Below are positions 19,311 through 28,178 of a stretch of 64,000 bases of DNA, in pieces. A model generated the notes under the pieces. The model saw only the letters and a program-made list of their open reading frames with translations. It was not told the DNA's origin and did not search any database. Positions within the stretch are counted from its first letter, which is position 1, and each line of letters opens with the position of its first letter. The DNA lies in assembly GCA_965208575.1 (NCBI GenBank), contig CBDBOV010000004.1, positions 832,001-896,000 on the forward strand, given 5' to 3'. Made by a program: the position numbers and the translations under genes. Origin of the DNA: Spirochaetia bacterium. GTDB taxonomy: Bacteria; Spirochaetota; Spirochaetia; SZUA-6; Bin103.

Positions 19311-20384
19311 GTGCACACGGCTGAAGCGCCGCCGCTGGTGGCTGCCTGCCGGCGCCAGCCGGTCGCGCGGGTGCCGATCTGGCTGATGCGCCAGGCGGGA
19401 CGCTACCTGCCGGAGTACCGCGAGCTGCGCAGCCGGTACGGGATGCTCGACATCCTCGGCAGCGCCGAGCTGGCCGCCCGGGTCACCCTGCAGCCGCTGC
19501 GCAGGTTCGATTTCGACGGCGCCATCATCTTCGCCGACATTCTGCCGCCGCTGATCGGCATCGGGCTGGACCTGTCGTTCGGCAATGGCACCAGTCCGCG
19601 CATTCACAACCCGGTTCGCGACGCTCATGACGTTGCGGCGCTGCGCGAGGCCGACCCGCGCCGCGATCTTGCCGCCACCATGAGCGCGCTGCGGATGGTG
19701 CGTGGCGAGTTGCCGCCGGCGGTAGCGCTGATCGGCTTCTCCGGCGCGCCGTTCACGCTGGCTACCTACGCCATAGAGGGCGGCACCTCGCGTCAGTTCA
19801 CGCTTACCAAGCGGATGATGTTCGAGCAACCGAAGGCGTGGCGCGCGTTGATGGAGCGCCTGACGCGGCTGGTGATCGACTACCTGGCCGCCCAGGCCGA
19901 GGCGGGCGCGCAGGTGCTGCAGATCTTCGATAGCTGGGCGGGCGTGCTCAGCGCCGCCGACTACGGCGCCCACGTGCTGCCGTTCCTGCGCCGGGTGTGC
20001 GCCGATCTGCAGCCGGCCGGGGTTCCGCTGATCTACTTCAGCACCGGTACCGGGACGCTGCTCGAACTGCTCTCCGAGCTGCCGTGCGACGTACTGAGCG
20101 TGGACTGGCGGGTCGATCTTGCCGGTGCGCGCCGCCGGCTGCCGGCGCGCATGGCGCTGCAGGGCAACCTGGAACCGGCGCTGCTGTTCGCCCCGGAGCA
20201 GGTGCTGAAGACGCGCGCGCGCACGGTGCTTGCCGCCGGAGCAAACACCGCCGGCTACATCTTCAACCTCGGCCACGGCATTCTGCCGCAGACGCCGCCG
20301 GAAGCGGTGGCGCGGCTGGTCGACCTGGTCCATGGCCACCCGGCCGCCGCGGCCGGCAACGCACCGCCGGGGGCCGCGTCGTGA
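19311..20384 (+). CDS. hemE: Uroporphyrinogen decarboxylase
   Basis: WLMRQAGRYLPEY, FSGAPFTL, QIFDSW and NLGHG motifs. GTG start after a GGGAG RBS. Confidence 0.96.
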   Translation: MHTAEAPPLVAACRRQPVARVPIWLMRQAGRYLPEYRELRSRYGMLDILGSAELAARVTLQPLRRFDFDGAIIFADILPPLIGIGLDLSFGNGTSPRIHNPVRDAHDVAALREADPRRDLAATMSALRMVRGELPPAVALIGFSGAPFTLATYAIEGGTSRQFTLTKRMMFEQPKAWRALMERLTRLVIDYLAAQAEAGAQVLQIFDSWAGVLSAADYGAHVLPFLRRVCADLQPAGVPLIYFSTGTGTLLELLSELPCDVLSVDWRVDLAGARRRLPARMALQGNLEPALLFAPEQVLKTRARTVLAAGANTAGYIFNLGHGILPQTPPEAVARLVDLVHGHPAAAAGNAPPGAAS

Positions 20385-21340
20385 GCCGGCTCGGCGTGCT
20401 GGTGATGGCGTACGGCGGCCCCGACTCGCTGGCCGAAGTGGAGCCCTACCTGCTGGACATCCGCGGCGGGCGGCCCACGCCGCGGGCGCTGGTGGAGGAA
20501 GTTCGCGAGCGCTACCGAAAGATCGGCGGCCGGTCGCCGCTGCGTGAGATCACCGAGCGACAGGCGCAGGCGCTCGGCGCCACCCTGCGCGAACGCGGGG
20601 TCGCCGCCACCGTCGAGGTCGGCATGCGCCACTGGCAACCGCGCATTGCCGCGGCGGTGCAGCGCCTCACCGAGCGCGGCGTGACGCGCGCGGTCGGACT
20701 CACCATGGCGCCGCACTACGCGCGGCGCAGCGTGGGCGCCTACCAGGAGCAGGTGCGCACCGCCGCAGGCGCCGCGGCGCGCGCCCCCCGGTTCAACTTC
20801 GTGTCCCACTTCTGCGACCACCCGCGCTTCACCTCCGCGGTGGCGCGCGAGGTTCGCGCCGCGCTGCGCGCACTACCCGAGCGGCCCGCGGCGGCGCCGG
20901 CGCGGCCCCGCTTCCGGGTGCTGTTTTCGGCGCACAGCCTGCCGGAGGCCTGGGTCGGCGGCGGCGACCCGTATCGTGACCAACTGGGCGCCTCGGCAGC
21001 GGCGGTGGCCGAGGCCGCCGGCCTGGCGCCGGGTCAGTGGCGGCAGTGCTACCAGTCGGCCGGCGCGCGGCCCGGCGCCTGGCTCGGGCCGGCGCTCGAC
21101 GCGGAGGTGCGGCTGGCCGCGGACGAGGGAATCGGTCACCTGGTGGTGGCGCCGTTCGGCTTCGTGGCCGACCACGTGGAGGTGCTGTTCGACATCGACA
21201 TCGAGCTGCGCGAACTCGGCGACTCGCTCGGCGTGTCGGTAAGCCGAACGCGGTCGCTCGGCACCGACCCGGAGCTGATGGCGGCGCTCGCCGACCGCGT
21301 GCTCGAATCCGCCGCCGACGGAGCAGCACGTGCGGGCTAG
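20381..21340 (+). CDS. hemH: Ferrochelatase (coproporphyrin-type CpfC likely)
   Basis: MAYGGP, GGRSPL, FSAHSLP, YQS, WLGP and FVADHVEVLFDID motifs. Confidence 0.94.
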   Translation: MSRLGVLVMAYGGPDSLAEVEPYLLDIRGGRPTPRALVEEVRERYRKIGGRSPLREITERQAQALGATLRERGVAATVEVGMRHWQPRIAAAVQRLTERGVTRAVGLTMAPHYARRSVGAYQEQVRTAAGAAARAPRFNFVSHFCDHPRFTSAVAREVRAALRALPERPAAAPARPRFRVLFSAHSLPEAWVGGGDPYRDQLGASAAAVAEAAGLAPGQWRQCYQSAGARPGAWLGPALDAEVRLAADEGIGHLVVAPFGFVADHVEVLFDIDIELRELGDSLGVSVSRTRSLGTDPELMAALADRVLESAADGAARAG

Positions 21341-21364
21341 CCGGTCCGCGGCAGCGGCGGTTCG

Positions 21365-22801
21365 ATGAGCGAATCAAGCGATCCTCGGACCCGCCAGCGC
21401 CGCGTGGTCATTGTCGGCGGCGGAGTTACCGGACTGTCGGCCGCCTACTACCTGCAGCGCGCACTGCCGGAGCGCCCGGACGTCGAGGTCGTGGTTCTGG
21501 AGGCAGACTCCCGGCCGGGCGGCAAGCTGCACACCCTCCACCACGCCGGGTTCGCCGTGGAAACCGGTCCCGACTCGTTCCTGACCAGCAAACCGGCCGC
21601 ATTGGCGCTGTGTCACGACCTCGGGCTGGACGGCGAGCTGATCCCCCAGCAGCAACCGCGCGGTGCGTACGTGTTGCGCCGCCGCCGGCTCGTGCCGATC
21701 CCGCCGGGAATGCGCCTCATCCATCCCACCCGGCGGTGGCAACTGCTGCGTTCACCGCTGCTGTCGCCGGGCGGACGCCTGCGGGCGCTTGCCCACCCGC
21801 TTACCCGCCGCAGGCGCGCGACCGGGGACGAGAGTATCGGCGCCTACGTGCAGCGCCGCTACGGCGCCGAGATGCTGCGTGTGCTCGGCGAACCGCTGCT
21901 TGCCGGGATCCACCTGGCCGATCCGTGGCAGCTCAGCCTGGAAGCTACCTTCCCGGCGCTGCACGCCGCACCGGGGCGGCGGCGCCGCGGCGCCGCACCG
22001 GTGCAGTCGGCAGCGGGGCCGAAGCACCTGCACGGCAGTCCGTTCGCCAGCCTCGCGGGCGGCATGGAGCGGTTGACCGACGCACTCCTGGGCGAACTCG
22101 GCGGCTCGGTAAGCACCGACACGACGGTGCACGAGCTGATTCCTTCCGAGGGAGGCTATCGCCTGGTCCTGAAAGGAAATCCGTCCCTCAGTGGCCACTA
22201 CGAGCTACCCGCCGACGCGGTGCTCGTGACGACGCCGGCGGCGGCCGCGGCGCGCCTCGTGAACGGCGTCAACCCGTCCCTGGCCCGGCTGCTCGAGGCG
22301 GCGCGCGCCACCTCGTCGGCGGTCGTGACCCTCGGCTTCCACGAGCCTGATCAGGCGCTGCCCTTGGGGTCGGGATTCCTGGTGCCGCGCGGCGAGGACA
22401 GCCGGCTGCTCGCTTGTACGTGGAGCTCCAACAAGTTCGCCTCGCGCGCGCCCAAGGGCGCCATTCTGGTGCGCGGCTTCGTGGGCGGCTGGCGCGACCC
22501 GAAGGTCCTGGAGTTGGACGACGACGAGCTGCTGGATCTGGTACGGGGCGAGATGGCGATACTGCTCGGCGGCGTGTTCGGCGGCGACACGCCTGCCACC
22601 ATCCGCCACGTGGCACGCTGGCCGGAGGGCACACCGTTGTACCAGGTCGGGCACCGTCAGTGGCTGGCCAAGCTCGCCGCCGCCGGCAAGACCACCCCTG
22701 GGCTGTGGCTGGCCGGTGCTGCCTACGACGGCGTCGGCATTCCCGACTGCATCCACCAGGCCCGCAACGCCGCCGGCGAGATTGTCCGCTACCTCGGCTG
22801 A
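21365..22801 (+). CDS. hemY: HemY-type (copro/proto)porphyrinogen oxidase
   Basis: GGGVTGL FAD motif, ETGPDSF, YQVGH and GVGIPDCI motifs. Confidence 0.93.
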   Translation: MSESSDPRTRQRRVVIVGGGVTGLSAAYYLQRALPERPDVEVVVLEADSRPGGKLHTLHHAGFAVETGPDSFLTSKPAALALCHDLGLDGELIPQQQPRGAYVLRRRRLVPIPPGMRLIHPTRRWQLLRSPLLSPGGRLRALAHPLTRRRRATGDESIGAYVQRRYGAEMLRVLGEPLLAGIHLADPWQLSLEATFPALHAAPGRRRRGAAPVQSAAGPKHLHGSPFASLAGGMERLTDALLGELGGSVSTDTTVHELIPSEGGYRLVLKGNPSLSGHYELPADAVLVTTPAAAAARLVNGVNPSLARLLEAARATSSAVVTLGFHEPDQALPLGSGFLVPRGEDSRLLACTWSSNKFASRAPKGAILVRGFVGGWRDPKVLELDDDELLDLVRGEMAILLGGVFGGDTPATIRHVARWPEGTPLYQVGHRQWLAKLAAAGKTTPGLWLAGAAYDGVGIPDCIHQARNAAGEIVRYLG

Positions 22802-22828
22802 CCTGCTGACGCCGGCGGCGGTCGCCGG

Positions 22829-22858
22829 TTGACACGGCTCCATCGGTGAGCGTATATA
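22829..22858 (+). promoter_or_regulatory. Putative sigma70 promoter of ABC exporter operon
   Basis: TTGACA-18 nt-TATATA. Confidence 0.6.
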
Positions 22859-22871
22859 CAACTCCACTCTG

Positions 22872-22994
22872 ATGAGCGGCGCACCGGTCACCACACTCGC
22901 GGCCGAATCGACTCCGACGTTCGCGGCGATTTCGCTAGTCGCGGATCACATGTGGTGCGTCCTCATGGCAGAGGAGGTCAATCCGGCAGGGTAA
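22872..22994 (+). CDS. Putative leader peptide (40 aa; alternative internal ATGs)
   Basis: MSGAPVTTLAAESTPTFAAISLVADHMWCVLMAEEVNPAG* lies between the promoter and a terminator. Confidence 0.45.
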   Translation: MSGAPVTTLAAESTPTFAAISLVADHMWCVLMAEEVNPAG

Positions 22995-23018
22995 CGTCGC
23001 CGCCTCGGCGCAACCGTG

Positions 23019-23047
23019 AAGGCCCTGCCATTGCGCAGGGCCTTTTT
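23019..23047 (+). terminator. Intrinsic terminator/attenuator in 5' leader
   Basis: AAGGCCCTGC-cattgc-GCAGGGCCTT stem ending in TTTTT, located upstream of the ABC gene RBS. Confidence 0.8.
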
Positions 23048-23094
23048 CATTGGTGTGCGGCGGTCGGCGCGACCCTCCGATGGGAGGAGCGCCA

Positions 23095-24081
23095 ATGATC
23101 ATCGAAGCACGCAATCTGCGCAAACGGTTCCGGGTGCGGGCGGCACGCACCCGCACCGCCGGCGCGATGGGCGCACTGCGCGGCATGGCAGCGGCGCCCC
23201 GCTGGCGGACGGTGGCGGCGGTGGACGACATCGACCTCGCCGTGGCGCACGGCGAGGCGATCGCCTTCATCGGACCCAACGGGGCCGGCAAGTCGACCAC
23301 CATCAAGCTGTTGACCGGCATCCTGCAGCGCGACCGCGGCTCGGTCTCGGTGCTCGGGCTCGACCCGCAACGCCAGCGCCGCCGGCTCGCCTACCGCATC
23401 GGCACGGTGTTCGGCCAGAAGTCGCAGCTCTGGTTCCACCTGCCGCCGATCGACACCTTCAGGCTGCTCGCCGATATCTACGACCTGGAGCCGCGCCGGG
23501 CGCGGGAACGCATCGCCGCTCTGACCGAGGTGTTCGGCATCGGCCGCCACCTGGCCACGCCGGTGCGCAAGCTGTCCCTGGGCGAGCGCATCCGCTGCGA
23601 GATTGCGGCGTCGCTGATCCACGATCCGGAGCTGCTGCTCCTGGATGAGCCCACCATCGGACTGGACGTGGTGATTCGGCAGCGCATCCGCGACCTGATC
23701 GCCCGCGTCAACCGCGAGCGTGGAGTAACCGTGTTCCTGACCTCGCACGACACCGGCGACATGGAGCAGGTGTGCCGGCGCGCGGTGGTGATCAACGAGG
23801 GACGCATCGTCTGGGACGGTGCCGTCGACGAGCTGCGGCGCTCGGTGCTGGCGGCAAAGATCGTGGACCTCAAGCTGTCCGGACCGCTGGCTCTCGACCT
23901 GCCGGAGGTCACCGTACGACACGCGGACCGGTATTCCGCCAAGCTGGAAGTCGACACCGCCCGAACCCGAGTCGAGGCGGTGGTGCGCGCCATCCTGCAG
24001 CGCAACACGGTGCTGGACATCACCATCTCCGACCCGCCCCTGGAGGAGACCATTGCCGCGCTGTACGGAGACACGGCGTGA
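23095..24081 (+). CDS. ABC exporter ATP-binding protein (DrrA-like)
   Basis: GPNGAGKST, LSLGE, LLDEPTIGLD and LTSHD motifs; GGAGGAG RBS. Confidence 0.94.
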   Translation: MIIEARNLRKRFRVRAARTRTAGAMGALRGMAAAPRWRTVAAVDDIDLAVAHGEAIAFIGPNGAGKSTTIKLLTGILQRDRGSVSVLGLDPQRQRRRLAYRIGTVFGQKSQLWFHLPPIDTFRLLADIYDLEPRRARERIAALTEVFGIGRHLATPVRKLSLGERIRCEIAASLIHDPELLLLDEPTIGLDVVIRQRIRDLIARVNRERGVTVFLTSHDTGDMEQVCRRAVVINEGRIVWDGAVDELRRSVLAAKIVDLKLSGPLALDLPEVTVRHADRYSAKLEVDTARTRVEAVVRAILQRNTVLDITISDPPLEETIAALYGDTA

Positions 24082-24893
24082 TCGCCGTGGTCTCCCGATG
24101 CAGTCCCTGGCTGCGCCGCTACGGCCGCGCCCTCACCTACGCCGGCCGCGACCAGCTCGCCTACCCCGCCGCGCTGCTCACGCGCGGCGTGCTGCTGGTG
24201 ATCTTCGTGTTCGTGTTCAACACGCTGTGGCGGGCGATCGCCGGCGACGACGGCGAACTGCGCGGCCTCACCGTGGTGCAGCTCACGTGGTACCTGGTGT
24301 TCACCGAGATGGTCGAGCTGGCCCGGCCCACCATCATGGCGGAGATCCAGGAGCAGGTGCAGGACGGCAGCATCGCCTACGGCCTGGTGCGCCCCTACTC
24401 CTACCCCCTGTTCGCCGTTGCCCGCGCCGTCGGCCAGGCGCTCACCAAGACGGTGCCGATCGGCATGGCGGGAGCGGTGGTCGCGCTGGCGCTGGTGGGG
24501 CCGCTGCCGGGATTGGCGGCCGCCCTGCCCCGCGGCCTGCCCCTGTTCGCCGGCGCGCTGCTGCTGAACTGCCTGTGGATGCTGATCATCGGCCTCACCG
24601 CGTTCTGGTTCGAGTCGGTGCTGCCGTTTCAGTGGATTCATCAGAAGCTGGTGTTCATCGTCGGCGGCATGTTCTTCCCGCTCGACCTGCTGCCGCCGTG
24701 GCTGGCGGGGGTGGCGGCGCGGCTGCCGTTTGCATTCCAGGCCTACTGGCCGGCGCGCATGCTGGTAGACCCAGCCCCCGAGCTGTTCGCCGAGGCGCTG
24801 CTCGGCACCGCGTTCTACGCCGTGCTGCTCGGCGCGCTGGCGGCCGGCCTGTTCCAACTCGGCATGCAAAGGGTACAGGCCAATGGCGGCTGA
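24078..24893 (+). CDS. ABC-2 family (DUF990-type) permease
   Basis: Multiple hydrophobic segments; DGSIAYGLVRP, GGMFFPLD and LPF motifs; GTGA overlap. Confidence 0.88.
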   Translation: MIAVVSRCSPWLRRYGRALTYAGRDQLAYPAALLTRGVLLVIFVFVFNTLWRAIAGDDGELRGLTVVQLTWYLVFTEMVELARPTIMAEIQEQVQDGSIAYGLVRPYSYPLFAVARAVGQALTKTVPIGMAGAVVALALVGPLPGLAAALPRGLPLFAGALLLNCLWMLIIGLTAFWFESVLPFQWIHQKLVFIVGGMFFPLDLLPPWLAGVAARLPFAFQAYWPARMLVDPAPELFAEALLGTAFYAVLLGALAAGLFQLGMQRVQANGG

Positions 24894-25746
24894 CCGGCGC
24901 CGCACCGCTGCCGCGCCGGCGACCGGCGCGGCGCGCTGCTACCGCACGCTCCGCCTGCTCGGCCGCTACTTCCGCGTCAACCTGGCCGCCAACACCGCCT
25001 ACCCGGTGCCGTTCGCGATCCAGGTGGTCGCCATGGCCGCCAACAACGCCATGTTCCTGGCGTTCTGGGCGATCCTGTTCGAGGCGATAGACGCGCCGAT
25101 TGCCGGCTACACGTTCACTGACGTGATGTTCCTGTGGGCGGTGGCGGCCGCCGGCTTCGGCCTTGGGGCGGTGCTGTGCGGCAATTCCGGCCACCTGTCG
25201 CGCATCATCTACCGGGGCGACCTCGACGTGTACCTGGCCCAGCCCAAGCCGGTGCTGCCCAACCTGCTGGCCTCGCGCATGTCGGTGTCGAGCTGGGGAG
25301 ACCTGCTGTACGGACTCGGCCTGTTCGCCGTCAGCCAGCCGCTCACCGGGCCGAGCATCGGCCTGTTCCTGGTGTTCGTGCTGCTGGCCGCCGGCGTGCT
25401 GGTCGCGGTGCGGGTGCTGTACCACAGCCTGACCTTTCTGCTCGGCAACGCCGAGGATCTGGCCGGCGTGGGCTCGGAGCAGATCATCACCTTCTCCCTG
25501 TATCCGGGTACCATCTTCGACGGCCCGCTGGTGGCCGTGGTGCTGCACACCCTGATCCCGGCGGCGCTGGTCGCCCACCTGCCCGCCGACCTGTTCCGCG
25601 CCGTCGTCCGCGGTACCGGGATGGACTGGGGCCTGCTGGCGATCATCGTCGCCGGGGACGCCGCCCTGATCGCGGCTGCCTGGGCGCTGTTCGCCCTGGG
25701 CCTGCGCCGCTACGAGTCCGGCAACCGCATCGGCGCCCGCATCTGA
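24883..25746 (+). CDS. ABC-2 family (DUF990-type) permease
   Basis: GDLDVYLAQP, YPGTIF and C-terminal GLRRYESG motifs. Confidence 0.88.
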   Translation: MAADRRRTAAAPATGAARCYRTLRLLGRYFRVNLAANTAYPVPFAIQVVAMAANNAMFLAFWAILFEAIDAPIAGYTFTDVMFLWAVAAAGFGLGAVLCGNSGHLSRIIYRGDLDVYLAQPKPVLPNLLASRMSVSSWGDLLYGLGLFAVSQPLTGPSIGLFLVFVLLAAGVLVAVRVLYHSLTFLLGNAEDLAGVGSEQIITFSLYPGTIFDGPLVAVVLHTLIPAALVAHLPADLFRAVVRGTGMDWGLLAIIVAGDAALIAAAWALFALGLRRYESGNRIGARI

Positions 25747-25793
25747 AGTCGGTGGGCGCCCACATGGCCCATGAGCCGGTGCGTGGCAATCGC

Positions 25794-27527
25794 TTACCGC
25801 GAACGTTCGACGCCTACGCGCTCCGCAACAAGTGCGATGGCATCCAGTTTTTGGCGGATTTCCGGGTCGATCTCGCGGTCGGGCACATGTTCGGCCAGTT
25901 CGTAGAAGCTCTTCTTGGCCATCAGGTTCGGCAGCCCCAGCTTCTTGAAGTACGACGCGAACAGAGGCGTCAGAAACTCGTCGCTTGCCTTGATGTCCGC
26001 ATCCCAGGGAGAACCCCTGTCGAGCGTCTCCAGGGCGGACTCAATCTCCGAAATCGCCCTACGCATGGCACGTAACCGGCGGTCCGCTTCGGCTTCGGTG
26101 AACAACGGCCCCGGCACGGACTGGGCAGCCGACGCCCTGGCGTAGGCTTCCAGCGTGGCTTGCGAACTCAGGTAATTCTCGATTTCGCGGCGGTTCCAGA
26201 TCTGACACTCGACAGGGGCCAGATCCGGAGGAGGGATTCGATCGAAGAGAGCGATGCCACGCAGGGCCGGCAGAGCCTCCTTCAGTCCGTGGAAGTGCCG
26301 CCGCACGGCAGCCGGCTGGTTCTCCACTACGCAGACGAATGGCCGCTCCAACGCCTTGATTGCCCGTTCATGACCCAACCGGCGGGCAAACGCTTGCAGA
26401 ATGCTGAGATCGGTCGAACCTTCGACATAGAGCACCCAGCCGGTCTGTTCCGCCTGGTAGTACTGGTCGAACGGAATATCCCGGAGCGCCTTCAGAACCT
26501 GACTGCCGCGGTCGTCGATGCGATGCGGTTGGCCGACGAAGGCCACCACCATGTCACGGCCGGCGGCCTGGTTGAGCAGCACTTCGGAGTGACTGGCGGC
26601 GATGATCTGGCTGCCGCTCTCGCGCGCCACGTCAGTCAGCAAGGCGTAGATCTGACGCTGGCGGAGAATCTCCAGGTGTGCGTCCGGTTCGTCCAGCAGC
26701 AGAATGGCACCCGGATTCGCGTACATGTACGCCAGCAGCAGCAGGGTCTGCTGCAAGCCGCGCCCGGCCGACGAGAGGTCGAGTTGGATTCGCCCTTCGC
26801 GATAGGTCATCGCGATTTCGCCGCGAGCCGCGACGTAATGCGGGGGATCGAGTTCAACGCCGAACAAGCTCCGAGTCTGCGCCACCAGCCGGTCCCACGG
26901 AGACAGGTGCTGATTGTGAACCGCCAAGCACAGGTTGCGCAGCACCTCGGCCGTGCGGCCCTCGCCGATGCGGACGCTAACGGCGCCGCTGTCGAGACGC
27001 GTCTCGGTGGCGGCCAGCCCGGACATCGGAGGCAGGAATGCGATCGGGGCGCTTCCCGCCTCCTCAGGAACAGGCATCCGGTCCGGCGTCCTGCCATCCG
27101 ACAAACGCAGCGGCCGGCAGTAGAACGACTCCTCGTTTGCGTAATCGAACTCCAATCCGCACGTCCAGGAGCGGTCATTGGAGACGCCCTCCACGACCAG
27201 GTCGATGCGGATGTTGCTGGTCCGCGGCTTCCCGTCGACCTGCCGCACGTCTCGCACATGCAGGCCTCGCCACAGCAGGTTGGCGTCAGGAACGGGGACC
27301 GCCACGAGATCGCGCCGATTGACGGTCACGCCCGGCCGCTTCTCGGGGGTGCGTCTACCTGACCGCTTCTCGTTCCAGCGCCTCAGGCCGGCATCCCACA
27401 GGGCGAGGGCCTGCATCGCGGAGGTCTTGCCGGAGTTGTTGGGGCCGATGAACACCACCGGGCTGCCGAGTTCGATTTCGACTTCGCCAAAGCGCTTGAA
27501 ATTGCGGATGATCAACCTGGTGAGCAA
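25794..27527 (-). CDS. ABC-type (AAA_15/AAA_21) ATPase with C-terminal TOPRIM-like region (OLD-like)
   Basis: IRNFKRF, GPNNSGKT, LSSAGRG, LLLDEPDAHL and ASHS motifs; C-terminal YVEGSTD...LFD...REIENY. Confidence 0.75.
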   Translation of the reverse strand: MLTRLIIRNFKRFGEVEIELGSPVVFIGPNNSGKTSAMQALALWDAGLRRWNEKRSGRRTPEKRPGVTVNRRDLVAVPVPDANLLWRGLHVRDVRQVDGKPRTSNIRIDLVVEGVSNDRSWTCGLEFDYANEESFYCRPLRLSDGRTPDRMPVPEEAGSAPIAFLPPMSGLAATETRLDSGAVSVRIGEGRTAEVLRNLCLAVHNQHLSPWDRLVAQTRSLFGVELDPPHYVAARGEIAMTYREGRIQLDLSSAGRGLQQTLLLLAYMYANPGAILLLDEPDAHLEILRQRQIYALLTDVARESGSQIIAASHSEVLLNQAAGRDMVVAFVGQPHRIDDRGSQVLKALRDIPFDQYYQAEQTGWVLYVEGSTDLSILQAFARRLGHERAIKALERPFVCVVENQPAAVRRHFHGLKEALPALRGIALFDRIPPPDLAPVECQIWNRREIENYLSSQATLEAYARASAAQSVPGPLFTEAEADRRLRAMRRAISEIESALETLDRGSPWDADIKASDEFLTPLFASYFKKLGLPNLMAKKSFYELAEHVPDREIDPEIRQKLDAIALVAERVGVERSR

Positions 27528-27640
27528 CTGGTTACGCCCTCGTCAATATCCTAACCCCTGAGCGCGCCCGCGGTCAGGCCGCCCACGAACCGACGCGCGG
27601 CGGTGCCGGGCGGATCGACCAACTGCTCACAGCGCAGAGA

Positions 27641-27664
27641 GGTGGCCGGTGGTCACCGGCCACC
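27641..27664. repeat. Perfect GC-rich hairpin (possible terminator)
   Basis: GGTGGCCGGT-ggtc-ACCGGCCACC; no U-tract. Confidence 0.5.
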
Positions 27665-27668
27665 CGGA

Positions 27669-28055
27669 CTACGCGGAGGCGGCGGTCGGGAGTTTCGGCG
27701 CCGGGTGGGCGAGCCCGGGTTCCGCTGCCAGGCGGCGGTACACGTCGCCGCACGCGGCCAGGGTGAGGCCGGCGCCGCGGGCGTGCTGCAGCAGCAGGTC
27801 GATCTGCGCGGCGCCCCGGTCCACCCGGTAGACCGACCAGGGGTGGAAGCACGGGTCGTAGGTCAGCAGTCCCTGGTCGCGGGTGTACTCGATGCCGGGC
27901 GCGTACGCCTCGTACACCTCGCGGCCGGTGGTGGGGAGCCGCGACGGGTAGCCCCACGGCAGCGCGGGCGGCCATGCCGTGGCCGAAGGCTGCCCGGTGA
28001 GAATGTTGTCGTGCCAGGCATGGGCGGAAATCTCCAGCAGCTCGGGGAAGAGGCC
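27669..28055 (-). pseudogene. 3' fragment of polysaccharide deacetylase-like gene
   Basis: FPELLEISAHAWHD...FHPWSVY reads like the C-terminal half of a NodB-like barrel. The 5' part is replaced by AT-rich sequence. Confidence 0.45.
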
Positions 28056-28178
28056 GCAACCGCCAGCCCTCATAGGATCGGGCCGGCAGTAGCTACCGGG
28101 CCAAAGATTGTACAATCTTTACCTATTTCAACAAATAATCTGTTGATTCAATCCAAAGATTAGATAATAATTCACGAC

